Assembly (NCBI GenBank): GCA_913050245.1
Contig: CAJWZJ010000002.1
Location: forward strand, 27,011-91,010
Source: an uncultured bacterium
GTDB taxonomy: Bacteria; Desulfobacterota_D; UBA1144
Direction: 5' to 3'
Length of the DNA stretch: 64,000 nt
Part shown: piece by piece, positions 19,475-28,599 of the stretch
How positions within the stretch are numbered: position 1 is the first letter of the stretch
Layout of the letters: each line of letters starts with the position of its first letter
The notes under the pieces: generated by a model
Databases searched by the model: none
Told to the model about the DNA's origin: nothing
Seen by the model: the letters and a program-made list of their open reading frames with translations, nothing else
Position numbers and translations under genes: made by a program

Positions 19475-20140
19475 ATGAAAATAAGATTAGTAAGTTATTC
19501 AAAACCAACTATAGAGTTTGAGAAGGAGGGTATCAAAGATTTACAGGAGCTTGTTGCTTTTTGCGCAAGAGTATCTAATCCTTCAAATCAAAATAATCAA
19601 GAAACTTCAAAGAAGTTAATTAACTATTTAATTAAAAATAAGCACTGGTCACCGCTTGAAATGGTTACTGCATGCATAGAAATAGAAACTACTAGAGATA
19701 TTGCTAGACAGATTCTTAGACACCGATCATTTAGCTTCCAAGAATTTAGCCAAAGATATGCAGATCCCACTAAAGATTTGTCATTTGTTCTTAGAGAAGC
19801 ACGAATGCAAGATGTTAAGAATCGTCAAAATTCCATAGACACTGATGATATGAGCCTTAAAAAAGAATGGGATGCAAAGCAACAGAAGTTGATAGACTTG
19901 TCTTTGGAGACATACAAATGGGCTATTGATAATGGTATTGCAAAAGAACAGGCTAGATCTGTTCTACCCGAAGGTAATACTGTGAGTAGGATGTACATGA
20001 ATGGAACTCTAAGAAGTTGGGTTCATTATATTGAATTGAGAAGTTCTAATGGGACTCAAAAAGAACATATGGAAATAGCAAAGCACATAGCTAAAATTAT
20101 AAGCGATATATTTCCAATGATAGAAGATTTTTCAAACTAA
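19475..20140 (+). CDS. thyX: Flavin-dependent thymidylate synthase
   Basis: ThyX signature RHRSFSFQEFSQRY, in a 221-aa protein. Confidence 0.9.
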   Translation: MKIRLVSYSKPTIEFEKEGIKDLQELVAFCARVSNPSNQNNQETSKKLINYLIKNKHWSPLEMVTACIEIETTRDIARQILRHRSFSFQEFSQRYADPTKDLSFVLREARMQDVKNRQNSIDTDDMSLKKEWDAKQQKLIDLSLETYKWAIDNGIAKEQARSVLPEGNTVSRMYMNGTLRSWVHYIELRSSNGTQKEHMEIAKHIAKIISDIFPMIEDFSN

Positions 20141-21046
20141 TTAAATATTTACTAATTCTATTCCTAGACTTTCTAGCTTATTCATACAGTTTTTATCAAT
20201 AACTCCTGTTGATATAAACCTCTTAATATTTTTACCGAAGAGAATCTTTACTGATTCTTCAGTATAATTTTCTTGATCAATAATTCTTTGGATATTATTT
20301 GAATCAATAAATAGATTAGTGGGTAAAGTTTCTTTTAAATTATTTGATAACTCAGACCAGTTTAAGAAGTTAGCAAATTTTTTTTTATTTATAATCATTA
20401 AAGGGCATATTTTTAATGAAAATAAATCTTTTTTTTGATAAAAAATATTTGAAAACTCTCTATCAGATATATCGGATACTATTTTTTCTAATTTTGATAT
20501 AGTTTCTAAATTATGATTTTCATCACGATCAAAAAAAAGGTTAGAGCTAAAATCATTATTTAATACATGGTCTAATTTAGCTTGATCTATTTTATTTCTA
20601 CCCAGCAACCCAAATTTGATTAATGATTTAAAGGATAAAATATTAGGACTTTCTATATTATGATCATTTTCAATATCCATAACTATTAGAATTATATTGC
20701 TTAAGTTATTGATATTTATCGAATCCTCTATTCTATCTAAAATTATAATGTCATAGTCTTCTTGGTTATTTTTAAATGAATTAGGATCATAATTGCTAAA
20801 AATTATTGATGAATTTGCGCCTAATAAGCAATAAGTTATTATTGTATTGTCTAGTGATGATGAAGCTAGATTTAAAACTTTTTTCTTAGTTAAATTTTTA
20901 TTTAATAAATAATTAAGTGAATATTCAAAGGAATTTATTATATCAAGATAAGTATGCTGCTTCCAATTCATCCCATCAAGAAATTGATATGCTAGCTTTT
21001 GACCATTTTTTCTTAAATTTGCTGTTAATGAAATTAAATTATTCAT
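20141..21046 (-). CDS. Hypothetical protein resembling the N-terminal half of an adenylate-forming acyl-CoA ligase, but without AMP-binding motifs
   Basis: N-terminus KLAYQFLDGMNWKQHTYLDIINSFEYSLNYLL and the later layout match long-chain acyl-CoA ligases. The expected TSGTTGxPKG position reads FFDRDENHNLETI. The ORF is only 301 aa. Confidence 0.35.
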   Translation of the reverse strand: MNNLISLTANLRKNGQKLAYQFLDGMNWKQHTYLDIINSFEYSLNYLLNKNLTKKKVLNLASSSLDNTIITYCLLGANSSIIFSNYDPNSFKNNQEDYDIIILDRIEDSININNLSNIILIVMDIENDHNIESPNILSFKSLIKFGLLGRNKIDQAKLDHVLNNDFSSNLFFDRDENHNLETISKLEKIVSDISDREFSNIFYQKKDLFSLKICPLMIINKKKFANFLNWSELSNNLKETLPTNLFIDSNNIQRIIDQENYTEESVKILFGKNIKRFISTGVIDKNCMNKLESLGIELVNI

Positions 21047-21111
21047 GGATTTATAAAAAATGAATTTTGTCTATACTATACATTAATGATATTTATAAAC
21101 AATTAAGTTAA

Positions 21112-22464
21112 ATGATTAATATTTCTGATAATATAAAAAAATCAAAGCCTTATAATTCTGTAAAATCAATTATTAAAAGTTTATTAGATGCAGGATGTGA
21201 AAGTTATATTGTTGGTGGAGCTGTTAGAGATTTAGCCTTAAATATAATTCCCAAGGAGTACGATATTTGCACCTCTGCGACACCTGAGCAAATAAATAAT
21301 ATTTTTAAAAGGACTAAGTTAGTAGGCCAAAGTTTTGGTGTTTCAATTGTTGTACATAATGATATAGCGTTTGAGCTTGCAACTTTTCGTCAAGAATTTG
21401 ATTATTCGGATGGAAGACATCCAGATAAAGTCGAATACACTCTGGATGTTCGTGATGATATAAAAAGAAGAGATTTTACAGTTAATGGACTACTCTTAAA
21501 TCCATTAAATGAAGAGTTGATTGATCATTGTGGTGGAATATCAGATTTAGAAAATAAGAGAATTAGAACAATTGGAAATCCAAATGAAAGATTCAATGAA
21601 GATCACTTAAGGATTTTGAGGGCTATCAGATTTTCTAATCATCTAAATTTTCATATTGATGATGATACAAAGAAAGCAATGACCAAAGCTTATAAAAGTA
21701 TCATCAATATTAGTATTGAGCGTGTTAGAGATGAAATAACAAAAATTTTATCAGGTAACAATCCTGGCAATGGATTAAAGCTATTAGATTATTTTGGAAT
21801 ATTGGAACTTTTCTTACCTGAGGTTTTAATGATGAAAAATGTAGATCAACCAAAAGATTTTCATCCAGAGGGCGATGTATTTATTCATACTTGCCTAGTT
21901 TTAGATAAATTAGCCCAGTCTGATCCATTAAATAGTATTGAAGTAATTTATGGAGCCTTATTTCATGATATTGGAAAGCCTGATACTTTCGAAAAAACAG
22001 ATAGGATAAGATTTAATAGACATGAATATGTAGGAGCTATAAAAGCTGAAAACATATGTAAAAGATTAAAGTTTTCAAAGAAACAAACAGATTCTATTGT
22101 ATCACTAGTTAAAGAGCATATGAAGTTTGGGAATGTTATGAATATGAAAAAAAGTACTTTTAAAAGATTTATTTCAATGGATAGCTTTGATGACCATTTA
22201 AAACTTCATAAAGCAGATTGTCTTGGTAGCCATGGAGATTTAAGCCTTCTAGAATTTACCTTAAATGAAATGAAAAATTTAGAAAATGAGCCTACTCTTC
22301 CAAAACCATTTATAAACGGTGATGATTTAATAAATTTAGGTATTAAGCCTGGTCCACATTATAAGTTAATTTTAAATCAAATTTTTGATGAGCAGCTAGA
22401 AGGTCATATAAAGTCGAGGGATGATGCATTAAATAAATTAAAGGAAATTTTAAATAATGATTAA
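21112..22464 (+). CDS. cca: CCA-adding tRNA nucleotidyltransferase with HD domain
   Basis: YIVGGAVRDLAL, RDFTVNGL and ED.LRILRAIRF head-domain motifs, plus HD residues (LFHDIGKP). Confidence 0.8.
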   Translation: MINISDNIKKSKPYNSVKSIIKSLLDAGCESYIVGGAVRDLALNIIPKEYDICTSATPEQINNIFKRTKLVGQSFGVSIVVHNDIAFELATFRQEFDYSDGRHPDKVEYTLDVRDDIKRRDFTVNGLLLNPLNEELIDHCGGISDLENKRIRTIGNPNERFNEDHLRILRAIRFSNHLNFHIDDDTKKAMTKAYKSIINISIERVRDEITKILSGNNPGNGLKLLDYFGILELFLPEVLMMKNVDQPKDFHPEGDVFIHTCLVLDKLAQSDPLNSIEVIYGALFHDIGKPDTFEKTDRIRFNRHEYVGAIKAENICKRLKFSKKQTDSIVSLVKEHMKFGNVMNMKKSTFKRFISMDSFDDHLKLHKADCLGSHGDLSLLEFTLNEMKNLENEPTLPKPFINGDDLINLGIKPGPHYKLILNQIFDEQLEGHIKSRDDALNKLKEILNND

Positions 22465-23464
22465 AAATAGAAGGTTGGTAACAAATTCATATGGTGATTT
22501 AAAAAACATAAGAATTCAAAATTTTGATATCCCTAAAGTTAAATCAAATGAAGTCTTAATTGAAGTACATTGTGCCGGGGTAAGTTTTGCTGATATTCTG
22601 GCATATGAAGGTAACTATCAAGACAATCCTGACCTACCTTTTGTTGCAGGATTAGAGGTCTCAGGTGTAATCAAATCCATAGGGAGTAAAGTTACCTCTT
22701 TTAAAGAGGGGCAAAGTGTTATCGCTTTATCAAAGTGGGGAGGATTTTCAGAATTTATAGCCGTTGATGAAAGTTTTGTTTTGAACAAATCTGAACATAT
22801 TCCCCATGATATTGGATCAAGCATGATTATTAATTATGGAACATCTTTTTATACCATAGTAGAAAGATTAAAGTGCAAAAAAGGTGATAAAATTCTTATA
22901 TTGGGGGCATCTGGTGGCATTGGAATAGCTGCGATAGAAATTTCTAAGGCTATTGGGTGTGAAGTTATTGCGGTTGCATCATCCCATGAAAAGCTAAAAG
23001 AATGTAAGAAATATGGTGCAGATGTACTAATCTTGAAGGAAAGAGGTGTATCATTAAAAGAAATTCTTAAAAAAAATTTAGATTATAAAGTTGATGTCAT
23101 TATTGATTCAATAGGCGGACAGGATACTCTAGATAGCTTAAGTTTTTTAAGTTGGGAGGGTTCACTTGTTCCCATGGGCTTTGCATCAAACAAGATAGCT
23201 AACATACCAGCTAACTTAATACTGCTAAAGAATATTTCTATTGTTGGAGTTTTTTGGGGACCTTTTGCTAAAGGTAATAAAGGATTTACGCTTGATTCGA
23301 TTCATAAAATAAATGAGTTTTATGAAAATAAATTAATCAATATATCCAAACCCACCTTATATAGCTTTGAAGAATATAGGCTAGCTTTTGATGCAATTAA
23401 AAAGAGAAAATCTGTAGGAAAGCTTTCTATATACACTAGCAAATACGATATGGATAAAAATTAG
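22457..23464 (+). CDS. NADPH:quinone oxidoreductase / zinc-type alcohol dehydrogenase family
   Basis: MDR-family layout with the GASGGIGIAAIEISKAIG Rossmann motif and a C-terminal GKLSI. Confidence 0.75.
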   Translation: MIKNRRLVTNSYGDLKNIRIQNFDIPKVKSNEVLIEVHCAGVSFADILAYEGNYQDNPDLPFVAGLEVSGVIKSIGSKVTSFKEGQSVIALSKWGGFSEFIAVDESFVLNKSEHIPHDIGSSMIINYGTSFYTIVERLKCKKGDKILILGASGGIGIAAIEISKAIGCEVIAVASSHEKLKECKKYGADVLILKERGVSLKEILKKNLDYKVDVIIDSIGGQDTLDSLSFLSWEGSLVPMGFASNKIANIPANLILLKNISIVGVFWGPFAKGNKGFTLDSIHKINEFYENKLINISKPTLYSFEEYRLAFDAIKKRKSVGKLSIYTSKYDMDKN

Positions 23465-23497
23465 GGAGATAATTAATAATATACCTCCCGAATTTTT
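23464..23497. terminator. Weak hairpin between convergent qor-like and atpE genes (possible bidirectional terminator)
   Basis: GGGAG(23464..23468)...CTCCC(23485..23489) followed by GAATTTTTT. On the other strand the hairpin is followed by TAATTTTTAT. Confidence 0.4.
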
Positions 23498-23808
23498 TAA
23501 ATTTTACTCTGAAGTAAGAATGTTATAGCTAGGGCATAGATTACAAGAGACTCTATTAGAGCCAAACCAATAATCATTGGTGTTTGAATCTGTCCAGCAG
23601 CACCAGGATTTCTTCCTATTGCATTAAGTGCGGCATCCATAGTTTTACCTTGACCTATCGCACCACCAGCAGCAGCTAACCCTATACCTAATCCAGCACC
23701 AAGAGCTAAACCTGACACAGCTTCTCCACTTGCAGCAGCATATACTTCAGGTGATATTAGAAGCATGACTGAAAGAACTGAAAAAGCATAAAGTGAAATT
23801 TTTCTCAT
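23497..23808 (-). CDS. atpE: F-type ATP synthase subunit c with a signal-peptide-like N-terminal extension
   Basis: The mature-like part GGAIGQGKTMDAALNAIGRNPGAAGQIQTPMIIGLALIESLVIYALAI forms the hairpin with the carboxylate Glu. It is preceded by MRKISLYAFSVLSVMLLISPEVYA. Confidence 0.88.
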   Translation of the reverse strand: MRKISLYAFSVLSVMLLISPEVYAAASGEAVSGLALGAGLGIGLAAAGGAIGQGKTMDAALNAIGRNPGAAGQIQTPMIIGLALIESLVIYALAITFLLQSKI

Positions 23809-23832
23809 TTTGGTCCTCCTTTGTTATTATCT

Positions 23833-24534
23833 TTAATGATCATGACTCGTAGAGAGTGATATATAAATACTTGATAGAATTGTGAAAATAAAGGCTTGCA
23901 AGAAAGATACAAAAACCCCTAAGCCAATAAATATTGCAGGAATTATATATGGAGTTAGATTAGAAAAAATTTGTAGTACTAGGTGGTCTCCAAACATATT
24001 CCAAAATAATCTTAGTGATAAAGATGCTGGCCTAACCAAATGACTTACAACTTCAATTATTATCATTAGAGGGGCTAAATATATAATAGGTCCCATAAAA
24101 TGTTTCAGGTATCCCCAACCATGCTCTCTAAAACCCATATAATTATATACAATGAAAATTACTGAAGCGCATGCTAATGTCGAATTTAAATTTTGAGTAG
24201 CAGGGTAAAAACCAGGAAATACTCCTAACAAATTTGAAAAAAATATGAAGAAAAATGAACCACCTAAAAGAGGCAGAAGCTTTTTAGCTTTCTCCTCACT
24301 ACCAAAAATATCGGTTAAAAGTTTTAATAAAAAGTCTAGAGTCAAAAATTCAAATAAATTAGCAAGTCCAAATTTGGGACTAGGAATTAACGATTTTTCT
24401 GCTGTTGATTGCGACCTAACTCTTAGTGAAACCAAAACTAGAAAAGTAACAACTAATAGTGATCCTATCACATGATCATATTCATTGACACCAATTAGCT
24501 CTGTCCATTGAGCATGCTCTAAAGCTGCACCCAT
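23833..24534 (-). CDS. atpB: F-type ATP synthase subunit a
   Basis: 233 aa, polytopic, with the conserved LSLRLFWNMFGDH segment carrying the essential Arg. Confidence 0.88.
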   Translation of the reverse strand: MGAALEHAQWTELIGVNEYDHVIGSLLVVTFLVLVSLRVRSQSTAEKSLIPSPKFGLANLFEFLTLDFLLKLLTDIFGSEEKAKKLLPLLGGSFFFIFFSNLLGVFPGFYPATQNLNSTLACASVIFIVYNYMGFREHGWGYLKHFMGPIIYLAPLMIIIEVVSHLVRPASLSLRLFWNMFGDHLVLQIFSNLTPYIIPAIFIGLGVFVSFLQAFIFTILSSIYISLSTSHDH

Positions 24535-24536
24535 AA

Positions 24537-24863
24537 CTATTTATCCTGTATAAGTAAAATAAACACAATTAAAATTACACTAAAACCAGTCAAAAATCCA
24601 ATCAAGTCTAATGATAAATATTCTATTAAAAGAATTGTTGTTAAAGCTATTAAAGATATTTTTAAAAGTGTCGATAAAAAAACGAAAAATTTACCTTTTT
24701 TATGAGTTAAAAACATATTTGTTACTATTTTTATACCTATACAATTGGCGAAAGATACTATTGATCCATAAAAAGCACCCTCTACAAATGCACTCTTGGT
24801 AATCATAAAAGTAAAATAGAATATCACCATTAATGCTGAACCTATATAAAGAAATTTATTCAA
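24537..24863 (-). CDS. atpI: ATP synthase protein I-like membrane protein
   Basis: 108-aa protein with 4 TM segments, directly upstream of atpB. The call rests on position and size only. Confidence 0.5.
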   Translation of the reverse strand: MNKFLYIGSALMVIFYFTFMITKSAFVEGAFYGSIVSFANCIGIKIVTNMFLTHKKGKFFVFLSTLLKISLIALTTILLIEYLSLDLIGFLTGFSVILIVFILLIQDK

Positions 24864-24867
24864 AATA

Positions 24868-25065
24868 CTATCCTTTCTTAAACTTATTTAATATTTTAAA
24901 CATTATTATAAAACCTGAAATACTTCCTAAAACAACTCCTGAAAGTGTAAAGGTTTGCTGAGTATTGAAAACATTATCTAAATAATCACCTATAAATAGT
25001 CCTGCTAGAATTGTACATGCAAGCTCTGAACCTACTAGAAAAAATTTAAACCAAGCATTATTCAT
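24868..25065 (-). CDS. AtpZ/AtpI-family small membrane protein
   Basis: 65 aa with 2 TM segments. The pattern FLVGSELACTILAGLFIGDYLD resembles the AtpZ family, and it heads the atp F0 genes. Confidence 0.5.
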   Translation of the reverse strand: MNNAWFKFFLVGSELACTILAGLFIGDYLDNVFNTQQTFTLSGVVLGSISGFIIMFKILNKFKKG

Positions 25066-25072
25066 TGGACTT

Positions 25073-26365
25073 TTAATTTGATTTCTCCAAATTCTTCAGA
25101 GCCTCTATACAAATTTCAGATGTTTTGTTTATATCATCATTTGAATGTGCTGAGGATACAAATACGGTTTCAAATTGAGAAGGTGGAAACAATACGCCTT
25201 TATCAAGAATGTATCTAAAAAAATTTCCAAATTGTTTAAAATCACATTTTTTTACGTCATCAAAGTTTTTAGGATTTTTATCGGTAAAAAAAATTGTTAG
25301 CATTGACCCTAGTTGAGTTATAGCTATATTTTTTATTTCAGTCAGAATATTCTCTTTTAATCTCAAAGCTTTTGATTCAATATCGCTATATAGCTTTTTA
25401 TTTTCATGTATTAACAGATTTAAAGTTGATAATCCTGCTGAGACAGCAATTGGGTTACCTGATAGGGTTCCGGCATGATATACACCGCCTAGAGGTGATA
25501 TTGTCTCCATGATTTCTTGCTTGCCCCCAAAAGCGCCAATTGGAAAACCCCCTCCAATAATTTTTCCAATACAAGACATATCTGGCTTTATATTTAAAAG
25601 CTGCTCAGCACCACCTAAGGATGCTCTAAAACCTGTTATAACTTCATCAAAAATTAAAACTATTTTATCTTCATTGCAAATTTCCCTTATCTCTTTTATA
25701 AATCCCTCTTCAGGTAGGACTAGTCCCATGTTCGCTGGAATAGGTTCCATAATAATGGCTGCTATTTCATCTTTATTTTTGTGCACGATATCTTTCAATT
25801 GATTTAAATTATTAAAATCTGCTACCAAAGTATTTTTAATAGAGTCTTTAGGAACTCCTTTTGAAAAAGGCTCACCAAATGTTGATGCGCCAGAACCTGC
25901 TGAGACTAACAAATGATCAATATGGCCATGATAGCATCCTTCAAATTTTATAACTTTATCTTTAGCGGTAAACCCTCTAGCAGCCCTTATGGCACTCATA
26001 GTTGCCTCTGTTCCAGAACTTGTGAGTCGGAGCATTTCCATGGAAGGCATGAGTTCAGAAATTATTTTTGCAAGCTTAACTTCTTTGACATGGCAAGCAC
26101 CATAAGTTGTACCTAAATCTAGGGCCTCTTTCGCAGCATTAATTATTTCCTTTCTCCCATGTCCAAAAATCAAAGGACCGAAAGATGATATATAGTCTAT
26201 GTACATATTATCATCAATGTCTTCAATATATGGTCCAAATGATCGCTTTACGAATCTTGGAACCTCATTAACTGCATTAAAAGACCTTACAGGGCTATTA
26301 ACTCCACCCGGCATGTATTTCATAGCTTGTTTAAAAACATTTTTTGAGTTTTTTACATTTTTCAT
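25073..26365 (-). CDS. hemL: Glutamate-1-semialdehyde 2,1-aminomutase
   Basis: MPGGVNSPVRSF and the SGTEATMSAIRAARG motif, with a PLP-lysine region (GKIIGGG). Confidence 0.9.
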   Translation of the reverse strand: MKNVKNSKNVFKQAMKYMPGGVNSPVRSFNAVNEVPRFVKRSFGPYIEDIDDNMYIDYISSFGPLIFGHGRKEIINAAKEALDLGTTYGACHVKEVKLAKIISELMPSMEMLRLTSSGTEATMSAIRAARGFTAKDKVIKFEGCYHGHIDHLLVSAGSGASTFGEPFSKGVPKDSIKNTLVADFNNLNQLKDIVHKNKDEIAAIIMEPIPANMGLVLPEEGFIKEIREICNEDKIVLIFDEVITGFRASLGGAEQLLNIKPDMSCIGKIIGGGFPIGAFGGKQEIMETISPLGGVYHAGTLSGNPIAVSAGLSTLNLLIHENKKLYSDIESKALRLKENILTEIKNIAITQLGSMLTIFFTDKNPKNFDDVKKCDFKQFGNFFRYILDKGVLFPPSQFETVFVSSAHSNDDINKTSEICIEALKNLEKSN

Positions 26366-26401
26366 AAATTTTTCAAATTATGAATTATATTATATCAGTG
26401 T

Positions 26402-27274
26402 ATGGAAAAGATTAACATTTTATCACCTGCAAAAATAAATTTATCTTTAGATGTTATATCAAAAAGAAGTGATAACTTTCATAATATAAAATCTTATGTT
26501 CAAATAATTGATTTATATGATGAGATATCAATCCATGTTTTAAACAGTTCAAATGATATTAAAATAGAATGCTCAAATAAAAAAATAAGAAATGAAACTA
26601 ATTTAGCTTATATTGCAGCCTATAAATTTATGGAAACCTTTAAAATTAATAAAGGCGTGAGTATCAATATTAAGAAAAATATACCATTAGGATCCGGAAT
26701 GGGAGGAGGTAGTAGTAATGCCGCTGCTATACTAGTTGGCTTGAGTAAAATTTTTACAATTGATAATTTTAATAAGATTATTGAAATAGGAGAAAGTATA
26801 GGTTCTGATGTCCCACTATTTTTATTTTGTAGATCTTCAATAATAAAGAACAAGGGAGAATCAATTGAGCTTATTAAATCGCCACCAAAATTAAATTTTT
26901 TATTAATTATGCAAGACTTAGAGATATCATCTAAAAAGTCATTTAGAAAGTGGGAAGAGAATAAGGACTATATAAAAAGTTTTCATTTAAAAAATAAATA
27001 TAAGCAAATTACAATTGATAACAATGTAGTAGAAATTAAAAATGACTTTTATCCATTAGCATTAAAATTTTATCCTCAATTTAATGTAGTTTCACAAATT
27101 ATTACTTCATCGGGAATAGATAACCATTCTTTAACCGGAACAGGTTCTACAATTTTTTCGATTATCCCTAATGAGCTTGATGTAGATGACATAACTACAT
27201 ATTTGGAATCAGCTAACAACTTAAAAATATCTTTAAATTCATCTATTGAAGGGTGGAGATTCCAAATAGATTGA
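26402..27274 (+). CDS. ispE: 4-diphosphocytidyl-2-C-methyl-D-erythritol kinase
   Basis: SPAKINLSLDV N-terminus and the GHMP-kinase motif PLGSGMGGGSSNAAA. Confidence 0.88.
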   Translation: MEKINILSPAKINLSLDVISKRSDNFHNIKSYVQIIDLYDEISIHVLNSSNDIKIECSNKKIRNETNLAYIAAYKFMETFKINKGVSINIKKNIPLGSGMGGGSSNAAAILVGLSKIFTIDNFNKIIEIGESIGSDVPLFLFCRSSIIKNKGESIELIKSPPKLNFLLIMQDLEISSKKSFRKWEENKDYIKSFHLKNKYKQITIDNNVVEIKNDFYPLALKFYPQFNVVSQIITSSGIDNHSLTGTGSTIFSIIPNELDVDDITTYLESANNLKISLNSSIEGWRFQID

Positions 27275-27320
27275 ATTTATAAAAAATACCTGTATCCTCA
27301 TCAACTATATATTTTATTTT

Positions 27321-27391
27321 TGGCCCGTCGTCTAATGGCAGGACTCTTGGTTTTGGTCCAAGCAATGGAGGTTCGAATCCTTCCGGGCCAG
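27321..27391 (+). tRNA. tRNA-Gln (anticodon UUG)
   Basis: I folded the cloverleaf by hand. Acceptor TGGCCCG/CGGGCCA (U1:A72), D stem GTCT/GGAC, anticodon stem CTTGG/CCAAG with loop TTTTGGT (TTG at 27353..27355), T arm GGAGG-TTCGAAT-CCTTC, discriminator G. No CCA is encoded. Confidence 0.92.
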
Positions 27392-27468
27392 TTTCTTCTT
27401 CACTTTATAAGATGAAAATAGTATAATAGAGCACGATATTTGATTAAATGCAATATGGGGATATTTAA

Positions 27469-28596
27469 ATGAGTTCTGATGAATTTCAAGAGTATAATGA
27501 GCAACAGCCAGCCGCAGATTCTGATCTAGATGATAAGGCTCTACTTGAAGAGTACCAAAAAACAACATTGAGAAATGTTGGCTCAAAAACAAAGAAGAAA
27601 GATTGGGTTCCTGATGAGCAGTACAGACTTTTATATGTTTATTTTAAAGATATGTCTTTAGAACCTTTATTGAAATCTAAACAGGAAGTAGAAGTTTCAG
27701 CAAAGATTAAAAAATCCGAATTATTAGCTGAAAATTTTAAAAAAATGTTAGAAAATGTAGAATCTTCATCGATTACAGCATCACAAAAGAAAAAGTTAGT
27801 AAGTCTCAAGGGTGGTAAAAAAAGAAGGGTTGCTGAGGTTGAAGGATATATTAAAGCATATACAAATTTGGCAAATAATTTAAAAGAAAGATTTGTTAAA
27901 GCAAACCTAAGGCTTGTTGTGAGTATAGCAAAAAGATATATAGGTAGGGGATTAGCCTTACAGGATTTAATTCAAGAAGGAAATGTTGGTTTAATGAGAG
28001 CTGTTGAAAGATTTGATCATACTAAAGGATTCAAATTTTCAACCTATGCTTCATGGTGGATTCACCAAGCAATTTCCAGAGCATTGCTAGATCAAACTAG
28101 AACAATTAGAGTGCCTGTTTATGTATTAGAGCAGGCTAGCAAAGTTTTTAAAGCAAGCACCGCACTTCAAAAAGATTTAGGAAGAAAGCCAACACCGAAT
28201 GAAATTTCTGATAAAGTGGGTATTTCTGTTGATGGAGTAAAAAGAATTTTAGAATCAACTAATGAAGTGGTCCAACTTGATACCCCTGTATTTGATGGAG
28301 AAAAAGCAACTCTATTAGATTTTATTCCTGATGAGGGATCACCTGTTCCGGACAGAATTGTTGCAGAAAGTTCATTAACCGAAAGAATTAAAGGCGCACT
28401 TAAGGCTTTAACTCCAAGAGAAGAGGAAATTATCAAAATGAGGTTTGGTATCGATATGGAAAGTACTTATACCTTAGATGAGATCGGTAAAAAATTTGAT
28501 TTGACTAGAGAAAGAATTAGGCAGATTGAGAAAAAGGCTTTAGAAAAACTTGCAAAGTCAGATGTTGGTGAGGTACTAAAAAGTTTCCTGGAATAA
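27469..28596 (+). CDS. RpoD-family sigma-70 factor (compact, 375 aa)
   Basis: Region 2: [45 protein letters not shown]. Region 4: [28 protein letters not shown]. Confidence 0.85.
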   Translation: MSSDEFQEYNEQQPAADSDLDDKALLEEYQKTTLRNVGSKTKKKDWVPDEQYRLLYVYFKDMSLEPLLKSKQEVEVSAKIKKSELLAENFKKMLENVESSSITASQKKKLVSLKGGKKRRVAEVEGYIKAYTNLANNLKERFVKANLRLVVSIAKRYIGRGLALQDLIQEGNVGLMRAVERFDHTKGFKFSTYASWWIHQAISRALLDQTRTIRVPVYVLEQASKVFKASTALQKDLGRKPTPNEISDKVGISVDGVKRILESTNEVVQLDTPVFDGEKATLLDFIPDEGSPVPDRIVAESSLTERIKGALKALTPREEEIIKMRFGIDMESTYTLDEIGKKFDLTRERIRQIEKKALEKLAKSDVGEVLKSFLE

Positions 28597-28599
28597 TTA

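Noticed and set aside
27275-27468. tRNA-Gln as an integration hotspot or genomic-island border
   Set aside because: There is no integrase, no direct repeat of the tRNA 3' end that I could find nearby, and the flanking genes (ispE, sigma factor) are core functions.
27332-27592. 86-aa minus-strand ORF
   Set aside because: It overlaps the hand-folded tRNA-Gln and the start of the sigma-factor gene, so it is spurious.
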